The notes beneath the pieces were generated by a model, which searched no databases, was not told the DNA's origin, and worked only from the letters and a program-made list of their open reading frames with translations. Both the position numbers and the translations under genes were made by a program. Positions 35,801 through 49,103 of a stretch of 64,000 nucleotides of DNA are shown in pieces. The stretch comes from Eledone cirrhosa (Eukaryota): contig OZ024743.1 of assembly GCA_964016885.1 (NCBI GenBank), positions 34,906,001 through 34,970,000 on the forward strand, read 5' to 3'. How positions within the stretch are numbered: position 1 is the stretch's first letter; every line of letters begins with the position of its first letter.

Positions 35801-38062
35801 AATGTGCTCTAATTGTCTTATGTGCCTCACACTCAAACTGAAATCTTATGGAAGACAGAATAGCTTAACAAGTAATTTTTAAGTGGACATAAGACTGTAA
35901 TCATTTATAATTAAAAATCAGATTTAACAATACCAAATTGGTGAAAAGATGAAAACAAAATGAATTGTATAAAACTAAATATATAAAGAAGTAGAGTACT
36001 AACTAAATCTTCTGGAGCGCAAGTTTTATTATGTGCCACTACTATTATGCATGGCTCTATGGCATACACATATATATAACAAGTTAGATTGGTGCTATTA
36101 GAGAGATCAATGCAAAAATTCTTCTGTAAATATTCTAGTAAAGGAGAGACCTAAACCCATTAAACTACAATATGGATAATCAAAAGGTAAATGCAATGTT
36201 TAGAAGAAATGTCTTCAAGATGAGACATTGTAATTTTTTCATAATAATATATCTATATAATGAATGAACATGGAAACAATGTCTAATTCTACATTTGGTA
36301 AACATTCTACTATAGAAGGTCAGTCCCAAATTTTTTTTTTAAATGTTGTAAAGGTAAGATTAAAGTTGTATACATTTAAATGTATGTATACATAAAAAAA
36401 ATAATAATAATAATTTCAACCACAATCTCAAACCAATGGAAAAAATGTTAGCCAATTTTTCCTGTTTATTTTGAAGAATTGCAGTTGAAGTAAAATACAT
36501 ATAGAACAATTTTTTCTCTTTCTCATCAAGTGACATGTACATACAGTCAGGGTGGGGTTGAATTCATGTGAAATAAAACTTCTATGAGTTCAATCTTAGA
36601 CTAAGTTTATGCACATATCTATATTATTTGATGACCACAGACCAAAACTATCTAACACATGGTATTTGTACATCTACCTCCCAAAGATAAGATTAACAGC
36701 CCCCAAATCCTTTCCTTTATACTAACTCTAAATAATATTAACATAGCATCAAGTAAAAATATAAAAAAGTAACACAAGGTTTTAAAGAAAATCACTCTGA
36801 AAGTTTGATAATTAAGAAAAACATAACAATATATATATATATGTGTGTGTGTGTGCTAGAATGTATAATGAGATAGATTTGCTGCCTTGTGAATATTAGT
36901 AATAGAAAGCTCCACACATATATGAATATTTGAATGTTGCAATGTATCCATCTGCACACAAGCATACACATACACACACACATGCATACATACATGTACA
37001 CATATGCATACGCACACATACATGTACACACATATGCATACACATACACAAACATGTACAGATATATGTACACACACACATATGTCCATTATTAATGCTT
37101 CTACTCAGAAATATATTTAACTAGAGCAAATATACTATATTAAAAATTTAACAAACATCAGTGCTTGTACCACAGCAAAAAAAGAAACATTGCAGAGAGA
37201 CTAGAATGATAGAAATGTCGCTGCAGTTTTTTATGATGCCTATTTAAATATTGAGGAAATAATAGTACTAGATGAAGAGCAAAGAATTAAAAACTTTTAG
37301 TGAATGGAACCAAAGCTATGGACATTAGAGAATAAGCTAGTACTACGTAACTGGAGAAAAAATACAACAAAACTAAAAAGCATGGAACAGCTGGTTTCAA
37401 TGACTTTGTGGATTGTGTAACTGAGATACACATTACATGTATGTGTATAAATATATCTCTATGGAGAGTATGTATTTGTGTGGGTATATATGCACATGCA
37501 TACTTATATGTATGTATATTTGTGTGTGTAGTTTGTATATATAAACACAAAACTTGTAAACATTGAGAAAAATTCAAAAAGGTAATATATGTGTGTAAAA
37601 TAAGAATTATTAGAACATTACTATTATTATTATGTTTTTCTTTCAATGCTGACGTAAGCATTGCACCTGTTTTCAACCACACCATCATCACTGTAAGCCA
37701 CTGATATAGCAAGTAGCCAACTGCAGAAATGATGTCCTTTATTGAAGAGTAAGTCGTCACAAAGCTTTTTTCAATTGATCAACTCCAATTCAAACAATCA
37801 ATCAATCACTCGCTACCATATAAAAAAATTCTTTAGTTTGTGGTGGGGAAAGGTGCAAGTGGATTGGGCAGTTGGGACAAGAAGACACTGCATTGGAATG
37901 TTGTTCTCGTTAACATTCATACTCCCTTCACATTCGTTCAAGCAGTTCAAGTCTCATTCATTTTCACTCAGTTTCCATTCATCTAACTCTTCAATTGTTG
38001 TAATGAAAATAATGTTAATAATAATAATAATAATAATTATAACAGCAGTTCAGATTTCAATT
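29835..38062 (-). other. Candidate ~8.2-kb 3' UTR of the myomegalin-like gene
   Basis: Almost free of interspersed repeats, U-rich on the minus strand, and ends at overlapping AATAAA hexamers (~29856-29865) followed by a GT/T-rich tract. Confidence 0.55.
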
Positions 38063-38142
38063 TTACGAGAGCTGGGATGTTACAGCTGTCTGCTCAACTC
38101 TGGTTTCTGTATTGTTCTTGAAAATATTTTCTGTCTCTTTCA
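38063..38142 (-). CDS. Myomegalin-like probable last coding exon
   Basis: Strong pyrimidine tract, ttag|(M)KETENIFKNNTETRVEQTAVTSQLS*; phase matches the previous exon. Confidence 0.7.
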
Positions 38143-41100
38143 CTAAAAGGGTTAAAGAAGGAAAAAGAAGGAAACAATATAAAAAATGTTAAGACAAAGA
38201 TATAAGAATGACAAGTAAATCAAAGAAATATTCTGATTATTCATACTGAACGTGAGGCTAAGAGGAAGATAGTCTCCATAGAAGTAATCAGTGTGATAGT
38301 TAATTCAGCTGATCATCCATGTTGGAGGAAAACATGGACAACACAGAGAAGGTTGTAGTCCGTAAATAGATTTCGAACTGAGTCCGTAATTAGATTTTGA
38401 CCACCAGTTGAGGCCAATTGGCTTCACTTATAACTGTTAATGTTCTTCTAGAATATTACAATATCTATTTACTCCGCTTAAAAATTTGTGGCCATGAGTT
38501 ATCATCCCCATCGTCATTTTACATCTGTTTTTCCATACCAGCATGGGTTGGACATGTTGTAACAGGCCAAGCTAGTAATTTATCCAAGTTATAGTTCTCT
38601 GAGGCCATTTTTATGGTTGGATGCTCTTCCAAATGCCAATCACTTTGCAGTGTGTACTGGGTGCATGTTATCATAGCACCAGCACTAGAGATGTCTTATC
38701 CTTGACACGACTGGAGACTGGTTTCTGCAGTTGGATACTTTTACAAACCACATGTAAACTGTATTAATCTGTATAAGAATTCCTCATTCAAAATTACTAA
38801 GACTGAAGAAGCAAAACATGATCTTTATCTAATTCTACACCAATGAGTTTTAGAAAGTTAGAAACCACATACTATGCCGTAATAGATCATCCTCAACAGA
38901 ATGTGTTGGACCATTTTCTTCTGTAGTTCGTACTTTCTCTGGAGAATTAAGATATCTGTTCTGGATTTCATTTATTTCTGACAGTAAGTCTTCGTTCTAC
39001 AGAAAAATAAAATAAAATCAACAAAAATAAAGTAAAATAAATAAATAAATCTTAAGATGCGATTACTTATTTTTAATTTATAGCAAACAATATCTTTTAA
39101 ATTCAGTGAAACTTTCAATTGTTATTATTCAACAAAAATGACAGAAACAGTAGACTGCTGGCCTAAATGCTTTGTAGAATTCAATCAAGTTTCTTTATAG
39201 CCTCAGTTCAAATCTTTGTCTTTCATTTTGTTATTACAGCTCATTTATAGGTTTAAACTGGTCTACAAGGCTGCAGCTCAGGCATTTTAATGACAGGGGT
39301 CACAGTCCTACAATTAACTTCATCCTACTGAAGTTTATCAGTAATGTGGCTTTCTGTCTAAGTTAGAGATCAATATTCATTAAAAGGAAAGGGAGATGAT
39401 GTCATAAATATACTGGCACTTTTGTAATACTATTTAGGAGGTTGCAGTGAAGGTAAAATAAATCAAAATACAACATACATAAATTTACACTGTCACCTGT
39501 CCCTGCGATTTGATAGTCCCTTTAACTTTAGGACTTGTCCTAATGCTGTTCTTAACATAAAACATGGCATCTGGTTTTCTTTTCTAGTAGCCTATGAAAC
39601 AGTTTGATTTCTGCATTTCTTAATTATGCAAAAGCCCCACAACATACACTTCAGCATGGAATATGTTCACATATTGATAGAGTGGATGATTGGCAAAAGA
39701 CACAGTGATGAGAAATATCTATTTGATCTACAAGTTAATATTCTAAAAAAAAACCTGGTCAGTTGCAACTTACCCCAGTGAAAAGAAATGAAAGATAATT
39801 CTATAATCCTTAGCCCTTAAAACACATCACTGGGTATACATGCACAATCACAATACAAGCTATTCGGTGAAGAATTAAAGCTAAAATTTGGTAAATCATC
39901 CAGGAGGAAGGGAGAATATCATTATTCATATTTTTAGAATCTACTAAAATTTTGAACCTCATAATAATCAAAACACAATTCCCCAAATCATTTTTGTCTT
40001 TCTATTTCTACAAGCATGGAAAAGTATCAGTCTCTTTTGTAAGAAGATGATGGTTACTAATTTAGGCACAAAGCCAGTAAATCTGGAGGAGGGGAAAATT
40101 GATTAAATCAACCTCACTACTTGACTGGGACTTTATTTTATCAAGCATTGAAGGGTGAAAGGCAAGGTTTACCTCAGTGGAATTTGAACTCTGAATGTAA
40201 AAAGCCAGAACAAGTACTGAAAGCCGTTTTGTTCGATGTGCCACCATCCTATTACTACAATAAGAATTGATTCTACTTTTGGCACAAGGCCAGCAATTAT
40301 CCCAGTGCATTACTGGCACTTTATTTTATCGATCCTGTAAGGATGAAAGGCAGTTAACCTTAGTGAGATTTGAACTCAGACCGTAAAGGGACGTCACTAT
40401 GCTGAAAAGCATGGCATCTGACCCTCTACCGATACTGCCAATCCACCGCTCTTAATAATAATAATTAAAGTTCATTGGATCATCTAAAACATTCATAAAA
40501 TGATTGATCTTACCTTCTTGTTTTGTAATAACTTGGACATTTGCCCTTTCTTGTAACGCGCAGGAAGTTGTGATAACCAGAAATTCCCAATAAGACGACT
40601 TTCTTCATTCAAGCAGATGTTCACATTATTAACCAGAAGAGATAATTCTCGTAAAATGCTGTACTCTGGATTCTATAAGGAAGTGTTATTGAGAGGAAAA
40701 TAAATAAAAGCTTTTATATTTACATAAACATGCTAATAGAGATAAAATTCAAATAGGTTTATCATTAATATGTAGTTAAAGCTATTTAATAGACACAACA
40801 TTAATATTATGACATTTTCAATGGTGTGTCTCAAGTACAACTGAATCATCATCATCATCATCATCAACGTTTAACGTCCGTGTTCCACGCTTGCATGGGT
40901 TTGGACGGGGGTAGTCCCACTTGAGGCAAGAGTGATTGTCTTGCTCGCATAGGACTGTCTGGCAGGTTTTCTACAGTTGGATGCCCTTCCTAACACCAAC
41001 CACATTTACAGTGTGGGTCTGGGAGGTTTTTACCGTGTTGCCTACACGGCCACATTACAGCGTGGACTGTGTGTTTTTTTGTCGTGACACCTACACGATC

Positions 41101-44100
41101 TCATTTGTTTCGGCCTGGATGGCGCGGCACCAACATAACTTTACATAGAACGGGGTGGTGTGGATGGGGTGGGGGTGGTGGCGGGACGGGGTGTAGTTTG
41201 TTAGAGATGCCTACTGGCAAGGCGGGTCTTCTCTGTTACTGAGTACCGCCAAAGGTCACGGTCCAGTGACATTGTCTTGGAGAGGTGTAAGTGTGTGAGG
41301 TCGGAGTTTATCAGCTCATCCCATGTTTTTCTAGGTCTGCCTATTCCGTGGCTACCGTCTATCTTTATTGCCCTGCACTTTGTAATACAGCTATCGACTT
41401 TCATGCGCATCACGTGTCCATACCAACGCAGCCTTCTCTCGAGTAAACAACATCTGATCCCTCTTATCTCTAAATTTCATCTTTATTGCAGTGTAGCCAA
41501 AGATAAGTCATCTTAGTTGAGTCTAACTTTTTCCAAGATATACTCACAAAGAGGAGGCTGAAAATGGCATTGTAACCCAACAAAACATTTTTCAGTTTTA
41601 TAGTGGGTCACTACTTACAACAGTGAGACACTCCCTTATAGTAACTACTGAAAGGTAGGTAGACTAGGGTATTGAGGATTAAATGTGCTGACACAGCACA
41701 GGGATACAAATAGCTAAACTTTTAACTGATAGACCGTGTATCAGAGAGTATCTGAGAAAACTAGTGACGGTCTCTTGGTAAATGCAAACTGTTCACAAAA
41801 TGGAAGATGCTAGTTAACCTGCAGAAAGACAATGCAGGGTTTACGCAAAACAACACACCCCTCTTCTTTTTCACAGCAAACTAACTTGTTCCCACTTTGT
41901 GAAATGTTTATATTTACTATATCAATTTGACAAAATGCGAAAAAATATATATATAATGCCGATAGTGATAAAATATACTGATGGCAAATGTACAATAACA
42001 TACTATATATTAACTCTTTAACCCTTTAGTATTTACTATATATACTATTGTATTTTCATGGTAAAGGCTTTATCTCAGATAATATCGAATCTATGAGATT
42101 TTGATAATATTTTGAGAACAATACCTTAACATGAGTATGAGTGGCTGGTTACAGCCTGTTTGAACAGAAAAGGTGAGAGAATTCTGGCTGGATACGGCTG
42201 ATTTAAATACTAAAGGGTTAAAGATCTAAATCTCATTTGACATAACAACACTATAATCTCTGACAATAGAATCATCTTTTAATTAATGGTAAGAGGAAGG
42301 AAAGGAGAAATAAATTGAAGCACTAATTACCTTGTAGAGCTGTGATGGTAATGAAAGATTGGAAAAGAAATGGAAAGAAAACAGGATTAATATTGGTTTG
42401 TTCAATTTTAAAGGAGAAATCAATGACAAATACAACTACATTTAAAAATACAATGCAGAATAAGTAATCATGCTAAGAGAAGCCAAGTGAAAAATCAATT
42501 ATACTAAGCTTTTAACTAGATAGTCAGGAATTCAAATTTTAATATCATTAATGGGATATACTTCAACCTGATTAACAACAACAGATTTTCCATTCCTATT
42601 TTACAGTTACTGAGTGGTAAGTAAAAAGGACAACCAGTTTCACTCTGATCCACCCCTACCCCATCCATCTTCACAAGCCTTAGTCTCTCTCCCCTGCCCA
42701 TTTGATTTAGCTCCTCCATCTATTCCCCTCTGCCTTAGTCTTCCCCTTATTCACATATGACCCTTCAAGACCACCCAATGAACTAACGTTTACTCTTTCC
42801 TTCTCTCACCCAACCAACAACAAGTTGGAAAGACAAGTGCACTCTTCAATGTACAATCAAATGTCACTCATTCTCTTCAAGGACACTCCCATGACCAAAA
42901 ACTTACTCTCCCTTTCCATCTCCTATTGTGAGATGAGTCCTTCCCTTGGCAAGTAAAATGCTGTAAAGTGGTTGGCATTATGAAGGGCATCCAACCATAG
43001 AAACCATACCAAAATGGAAGATACGAGGAAGCCGTGGACCTTTGGTTTGTCCAATTTCAGAACATGACGACTTGTCTAATCCATGCCAGCATGGAAAACA
43101 TATATTAAAAAATGTCTAAATGTCTGTGATAACTTGCTAATGAAATTATAATTTGAATATTGATTACAATTACCTAAAACTTTCACTGTAAAAAGGTGAC
43201 TACAACTGACATCAACCCTTTCGTGAACTGTGAATGTCTACAGAGCTGGTGCTAGCCTATGGCTTCTATTGTGTTGGATATTAGTCTAATACAAGTAGCC
43301 AACCTCAGAAATAAGGTATCAATTCCTACACAGCTAGGTAAATTGAGACAAAGCAAAATTAAATGTCTCACCCAGTCATAACAAAATGCATGTAGCATAT
43401 TTGAACACGCAATCAATGACTTGATAGTCCAATACAATTTACTTGACTCATCCATTGATAAAGAATGTGACTATTTGTTTGAACTGATGAGAAGTGTAGG
43501 ATTCAGTGAACATCAACACCTCAAATGCACATTGTGGCTCGTGAATTAGTGCTGGTGCCACACTAAAATGCACATGGTACACTCTGTAAAGAAGTCGGCA
43601 TTAGGAAGGACATTCAGGCATATATTTTGACAAAATATAGAATGTATGATAAAAGCATGGTATCAAAACTATTCTTGTCTCAAACCGTGACAACCAATAT
43701 AACCCATGCCAGCATGGAAAGCAGATGTAAAATGATGTTAATGATGAGGCCATTTTTTTTAAACAAGAAGCCTAGAAAAAATTTAAACAAGTCGAACCTC
43801 CATACATTGACAATAAAGTGGGTTGGATAAGATAAAAGAAGAAAATATACATACCTCTTTAGTTGGGTGAGATTTGTGAATCTTGATACGGTCATGCAAT
43901 CGGGCTTGTAAGTTACGAACTACACATGACATCTCACTGTTTTCTTTACGTAGTAGCTCATAGTCATCTAGTTTGCCAATAGCAAATAAGGAACGCAAAT
44001 CTGAGCTGATACGCACTGGTGAATTTGCTACAAAAATAGAAGTAAAAGTTATTGTTCAATAATATTTCTCTCTATGTAGAAAGTAATATAATCATTATTC

Positions 44101-47100
44101 ATTGAACAAGTCAGTAGGAGGTGAACTCTAATTCAATGTAACAAACAGTGAATTCTCAAGCTCAATCCTCAACATGACAGTCCATTTCATTCAGAAGTTG
44201 AAATATTACAGTAAAATTTAACCCTTTTGAAACCTACATACTTGAAACAAAGCCATTTAATTTTAAAGTGTTCCTTATTTAAATAAAAACATTCATCAAG
44301 TTATGCTATGTCACACGAGTGAATGTTACAAAAAAACCTTTAGCATGACATACCATAGCTACATTACAATAAATCTGTATCTATCACAATTGTCATAGTA
44401 GTATGAAGGTGAGCCATTTAAAACTTATCTACCAGACAATTTCTCAATCTTCACTTCACCACAGCCAGCAGGATGAAAGATCAAAATTGACTCTGGTGGG
44501 AGTGACTATATCTGGAAATCTAAACAAGGTCGTACACTTGGCTCATTAACCAACTATCTCTTAGTTTAGATAAACATTCTTGGCATGAAATATGATTTTG
44601 TTCAACTTATAGACACCATACATTGCCCACATTAGTAGGATATGATCAGCCTGTCTATAACTGATAGCAGGCTCAGGCCAGATGTGAAATGTAGGTCTCA
44701 CTTCAAATTACTTATCAAATACTTTAGCAATCAGTACTAAATACATATACATGAAGTGTACATGATGTACTTACAAGTAACAAAATAGAATAAAAGTTAA
44801 ACTTGGCTCTTTTCCAGTCATACACCTGTGCTTCAAAAAACATATGGCCAAGCCAGAAATTACAAAGAACAGAGTTAAGTGAATGTCAAAAATAGTTACC
44901 TGGACTCCCAGGTGGGTCAAATGACCAATATGTGATATGATCCTTAGCCATGGATAGAGATGCAGGCCAAGTATAGGACATGCTAGTTTTATTTAATAAA
45001 TCTTCTGTCCACTTAATATCTTTGTTGCCGTTGTTTGATTGGTTGTTTTCTAATTCTGACAACAAAAGGAAAATATTAATGTTACAAACTAATTTGAAAA
45101 TCAATTAAAATTAATATAGGAGAAATATTTACACTAAACAAAGAAAGCGAAAGCAAGAGCTTTAATATTGTCACATCTTCACATGTTTGCTGTAATATTG
45201 TCACTTGTTCATATTTCATCTCTTAATTGTCAAATTTATCGCTGTCACATCTCCACACATTTTAACATGGCGACAGCTCCACTTTAACATGGCAACAGCT
45301 CCACTTTAACATGGCAACAACTCCACTTTAACATGGTGATATCTTCACATTAACATGGTGACATCTTCACAACATTGTCACATACCTACTTTAACATGGA
45401 AACATCTCCACTTTAACATTGTCACGAAACAGCGAATCTAATAAAAGGATATGACAATCTCTTTAGTGATGGTGCTATGGTAAAATGCATCCAGTACATT
45501 CTGCAAAGTGGCTGGTGTTAGAAAGGGCATGCAGCCATAGAAGTCATGTCAAAAAGAGTAAAGAGTACACCATCCTAGTGCTGGTGCCATAACAAAATGA
45601 ACTCAACCATTCCATTCAGAGAAACTATGCTGAAAAGGACTGGAGAGAAATGTTCACTCACGTCAAGGTTGAGACAACCTCTCAAGTGGTGATGCCACCC
45701 AGTACACTGTGCAAAGTGGTTGGCATTAGGAAAGGCATCCAGCCATAGAGACCATGCCAAAATGGAATGTATTTTGATGAAATATCTTCACTAGGCCCAT
45801 CTAGCAGGATAGTTGCTCCAATAAAGTACTGACTTGATCTGGAACAACCCATCCAACCCATACCAGCATGGAAAATAATGATGATATGAATAATGTATTC
45901 TGCATCAATTACTCCAGAACACTATCACAGAGACATTTATGTAACAGAAATCGTGCTACAAGGTATTAAACAGCAAAACCAATAATTTATCCACTGAGTG
46001 GTATGTTGATATTTTTTTAAAGCTACAAACATTAAAAATGATTAGTAATATTTCCAGAATTCTAAATAGAAAGCTATAAAACCTCACCTTTGCTGCAGTT
46101 ATCAGAACCATTTGATTGTGCATTGGGCAAACTAGAATTCAAACTGCCAGCATCATCACAGCTGTCCATTGGTAAGAGTTTTAAACTATTTGTAACATCA
46201 TCATTCATGATATTAGCTAATTGGGAACCAAACAGATTACGAGACAATGATTGATTAGAGTGCTGGGCAACTGGAGGTGATGATGGAGAGTCAATTATGT
46301 CAATTGTCTGCTTTAACAACTCAGAGGTATTATTGCCATAGCTGGATGCTAATTCACTGTCTCCACTGCCATGGGCTACAAAGAAATAGAATGCAATTGT
46401 CAATGTTACACACATGAAAAAGACACCTAAAAAAACAACAATTATATATAATAATAATAATAATAATGAAATATTGTGTACAGTGCTCAGGTGCACTACA
46501 ACTCATCAAAAAGTGTATGTATAGTACATAGGGTAATGTACAAACGTCAGGAAAATGAACAGTGCATGAGTCATGATACACACATGTGTGCATGTGTATG
46601 GAAGGGGTACATCAGGTGTAGTTTTGGCGTATTTCGGGAAGCATGAGTGTCTTAAAGGATGCAGTGTCTCGGCAGCTAACAACTGACGCAGGCAGTTTGT
46701 TCCATGCTTCAGCAACTCTGAGCGTGAAAAAATGTCTACGAAAGTCATGGGAGCTGTGCTGTTTTCTGATTTTGTAGGCATGTCCACGTGTGTTAGACAC
46801 ATGGAGATCAAAAAGGTGCTCAGGGTTGTTGTTGGCGAGATGGTTAATAACTTTGTGGGTATTTACCAAGTCCATTGCCAGACATCGGAGCTTCAATGAA
46901 TCCATGCCCAGAGAAGCAAGGCGTTCAGAGTATGGTAGGTGTCTGATGGAGGGTATGCGCTTGGTTGCACGTCTCTGAACAGTTTCCAGGAGGTCAATGT
47001 TCTGAGCAAGATAGGGGTTCCAGACTGATTCCAAGTGTGGTCGTACCATAGCTGTATACAGTTTTAAATAGATGGCTGGAGAGCGGCTAACAAAGGTCTT

Positions 47101-49013
47101 GCTGAGTGATGCCAAGACACCCTCGGCCTTCTTGACAATCTTAGAGACATGCTTTGTCCAATGCAAATCGCTGCTGACAGTAATGCCCAGGTCACGTTCA
47201 CAAGAGGACTTCTTGATATCAGTGTTGTGGAGGGAGTATGTGGACGCTGGATTTTTCCTCCCAAAATGCATGGTGGTACACTTGTCCACAGCCAGCTTCA
47301 GTTGCCAGTCTGTGATCCATTGCTGCATTGTGTCCAGGTTTGATTGTAGGAAAGAGTTGTAGATTTCAGGATCAGTCCTTTTGATTTCAAGGTACAGCTT
47401 GATGTCATCTGCATATTTCAGTACCGTGGCATTCTGTAAGTTGGCATCTATGTCATTAATATATGCCACAAACAAAAGGGGACCAAGAACAGATCCCTGT
47501 GGTACACCAGATGACATCTCATATGGTGAAGAATGCTGTCCTAGAACCGTGACTACCTCTTTTCGGCTGAGAATGAAGGATTTCAACCAGTCGAAAAGAT
47601 CATCCCTCACACCCATTGCAGAGAGTTTTGCCATAAGTCTTTTGTGTGGCACAGAATTAAAAGCCTTAGCAAAGTCAAGGTAAACAACATCCACCCATGA
47701 GCCGCTGTCAGTGATCCGGGTGATGTCTTCAAGGAACTCGATAAGCTGATCACAGCAGCTGGAGTTAGGGATAAATCCAAACTGTGAGGGCCGGATGAGG
47801 CTGTGAGAGCTCCAGAAGTTCCAAAGTGTTTCTCTGACACTGGATTCCATCAGTTTGGCCATACAGCTAGTAAGACTGACTGGACGATAGTTGACAGGTG
47901 ACATGTGGTGCCCTTTTTGAACAGGGGAATGACACTGGCAGTTTCCACTGCTCCGGAGTAGCACCATTGTTGAGACAATATTGAAAGAAGAAAGAAAGCT
48001 GGCGCAAAAAGAAATACCCGCCACGTTTGAGAAGCAGGTATGTAACACCATCAAGATGAGAGGGGGCATAGTTGCGCTTATTCTTAAGGTGACGTCGCAA
48101 CATTGCAGGTGTAAATTCCATAGTTGTTATGGAATTTGATGTTAGAGATGGTGGAGATGGTACATTCTGGTTTTCAACAGTAAAAATACTTGCATAGCAC
48201 TCAGCAATGAGTTCTGCGCATTCTTTGGGATCGTCATTGATCTGGCTTGTGTGGGGATTGCGAAGAGGACCAACTGGAGAGTGAGGTCTCTGCTTTGAAT
48301 GAACATATTTCCAGAACACCTTACTGTCAGGATTGGTTGCTATGCACTGTTCAAATTCAAGCACTGCCTTCTTTGTCACTTGCTTGAGATGGTTAGAAGA
48401 TTTATTCCGCTTTTTTTCTGTTGGCATCTGATTTATGCAGTTTATATTCCCGTTCAGCGTTCCGACGTTCTTTCCTGGCAAGTCGGACCGCTGAAGTTTC
48501 CCAAATTGCACTTTTGGGGTGGTTCTTTTTCTGCTTACGTGGCACCGATGCTTCACACGCTATCCATATTGAGTCCAGGATGCTCTGGAGTATAGTGTTC
48601 ACATCTCCAGAGTTATACATCTCATGCCAGTTTGGGCGCTATAGCTCAGTGCAGTACAAGTTCCAATCCGCCCTCTTCCAATCAAAGCAAGCGGAAAGCA
48701 CCCTTTGGGGGAACACAGCCTAGGTCTTTGGCTGAGCTGGCAGCAAATGCCTGAAGATCAGCCTTGTCCTGTGGTACCCCAATGGCAATTACTTCATGGG
48801 TAGCAGATTCCACAGTCTTCTCAGTGTGCCCAGATACAGCAAGAGGTACAGGGAGATTCTTTAGCAAGGCATTCTGATAAGACCTCTCATTGTGGAGTCC
48901 TACCCGAATGCTTGCCTTTATTCCTGTTACTTCCCTTCTTAAAGCAGAAATCATTAGTTGCAATTCTGCAAAATCTGTACTGGTCGGTTGTTGTTGTCGT
49001 TGTCGCCGCCGCC

Positions 49014-49103
<90 letters not shown>

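Noticed and set aside
36792-37124. Several short Cys/Val/Met-rich ORFs
   Set aside because: They are translations of (CA/TA)n simple repeats.
38390-38450. Alternative last exon reading RTLTVISEANW (weakly CM2-like)
   Set aside because: The available acceptors are out of phase with the preceding phase-1 exon.
39495-39506. Possible 6-nt microexon gcag|GGACAG|gtgac on minus
   Set aside because: There is no polypyrimidine tract upstream of the AG.
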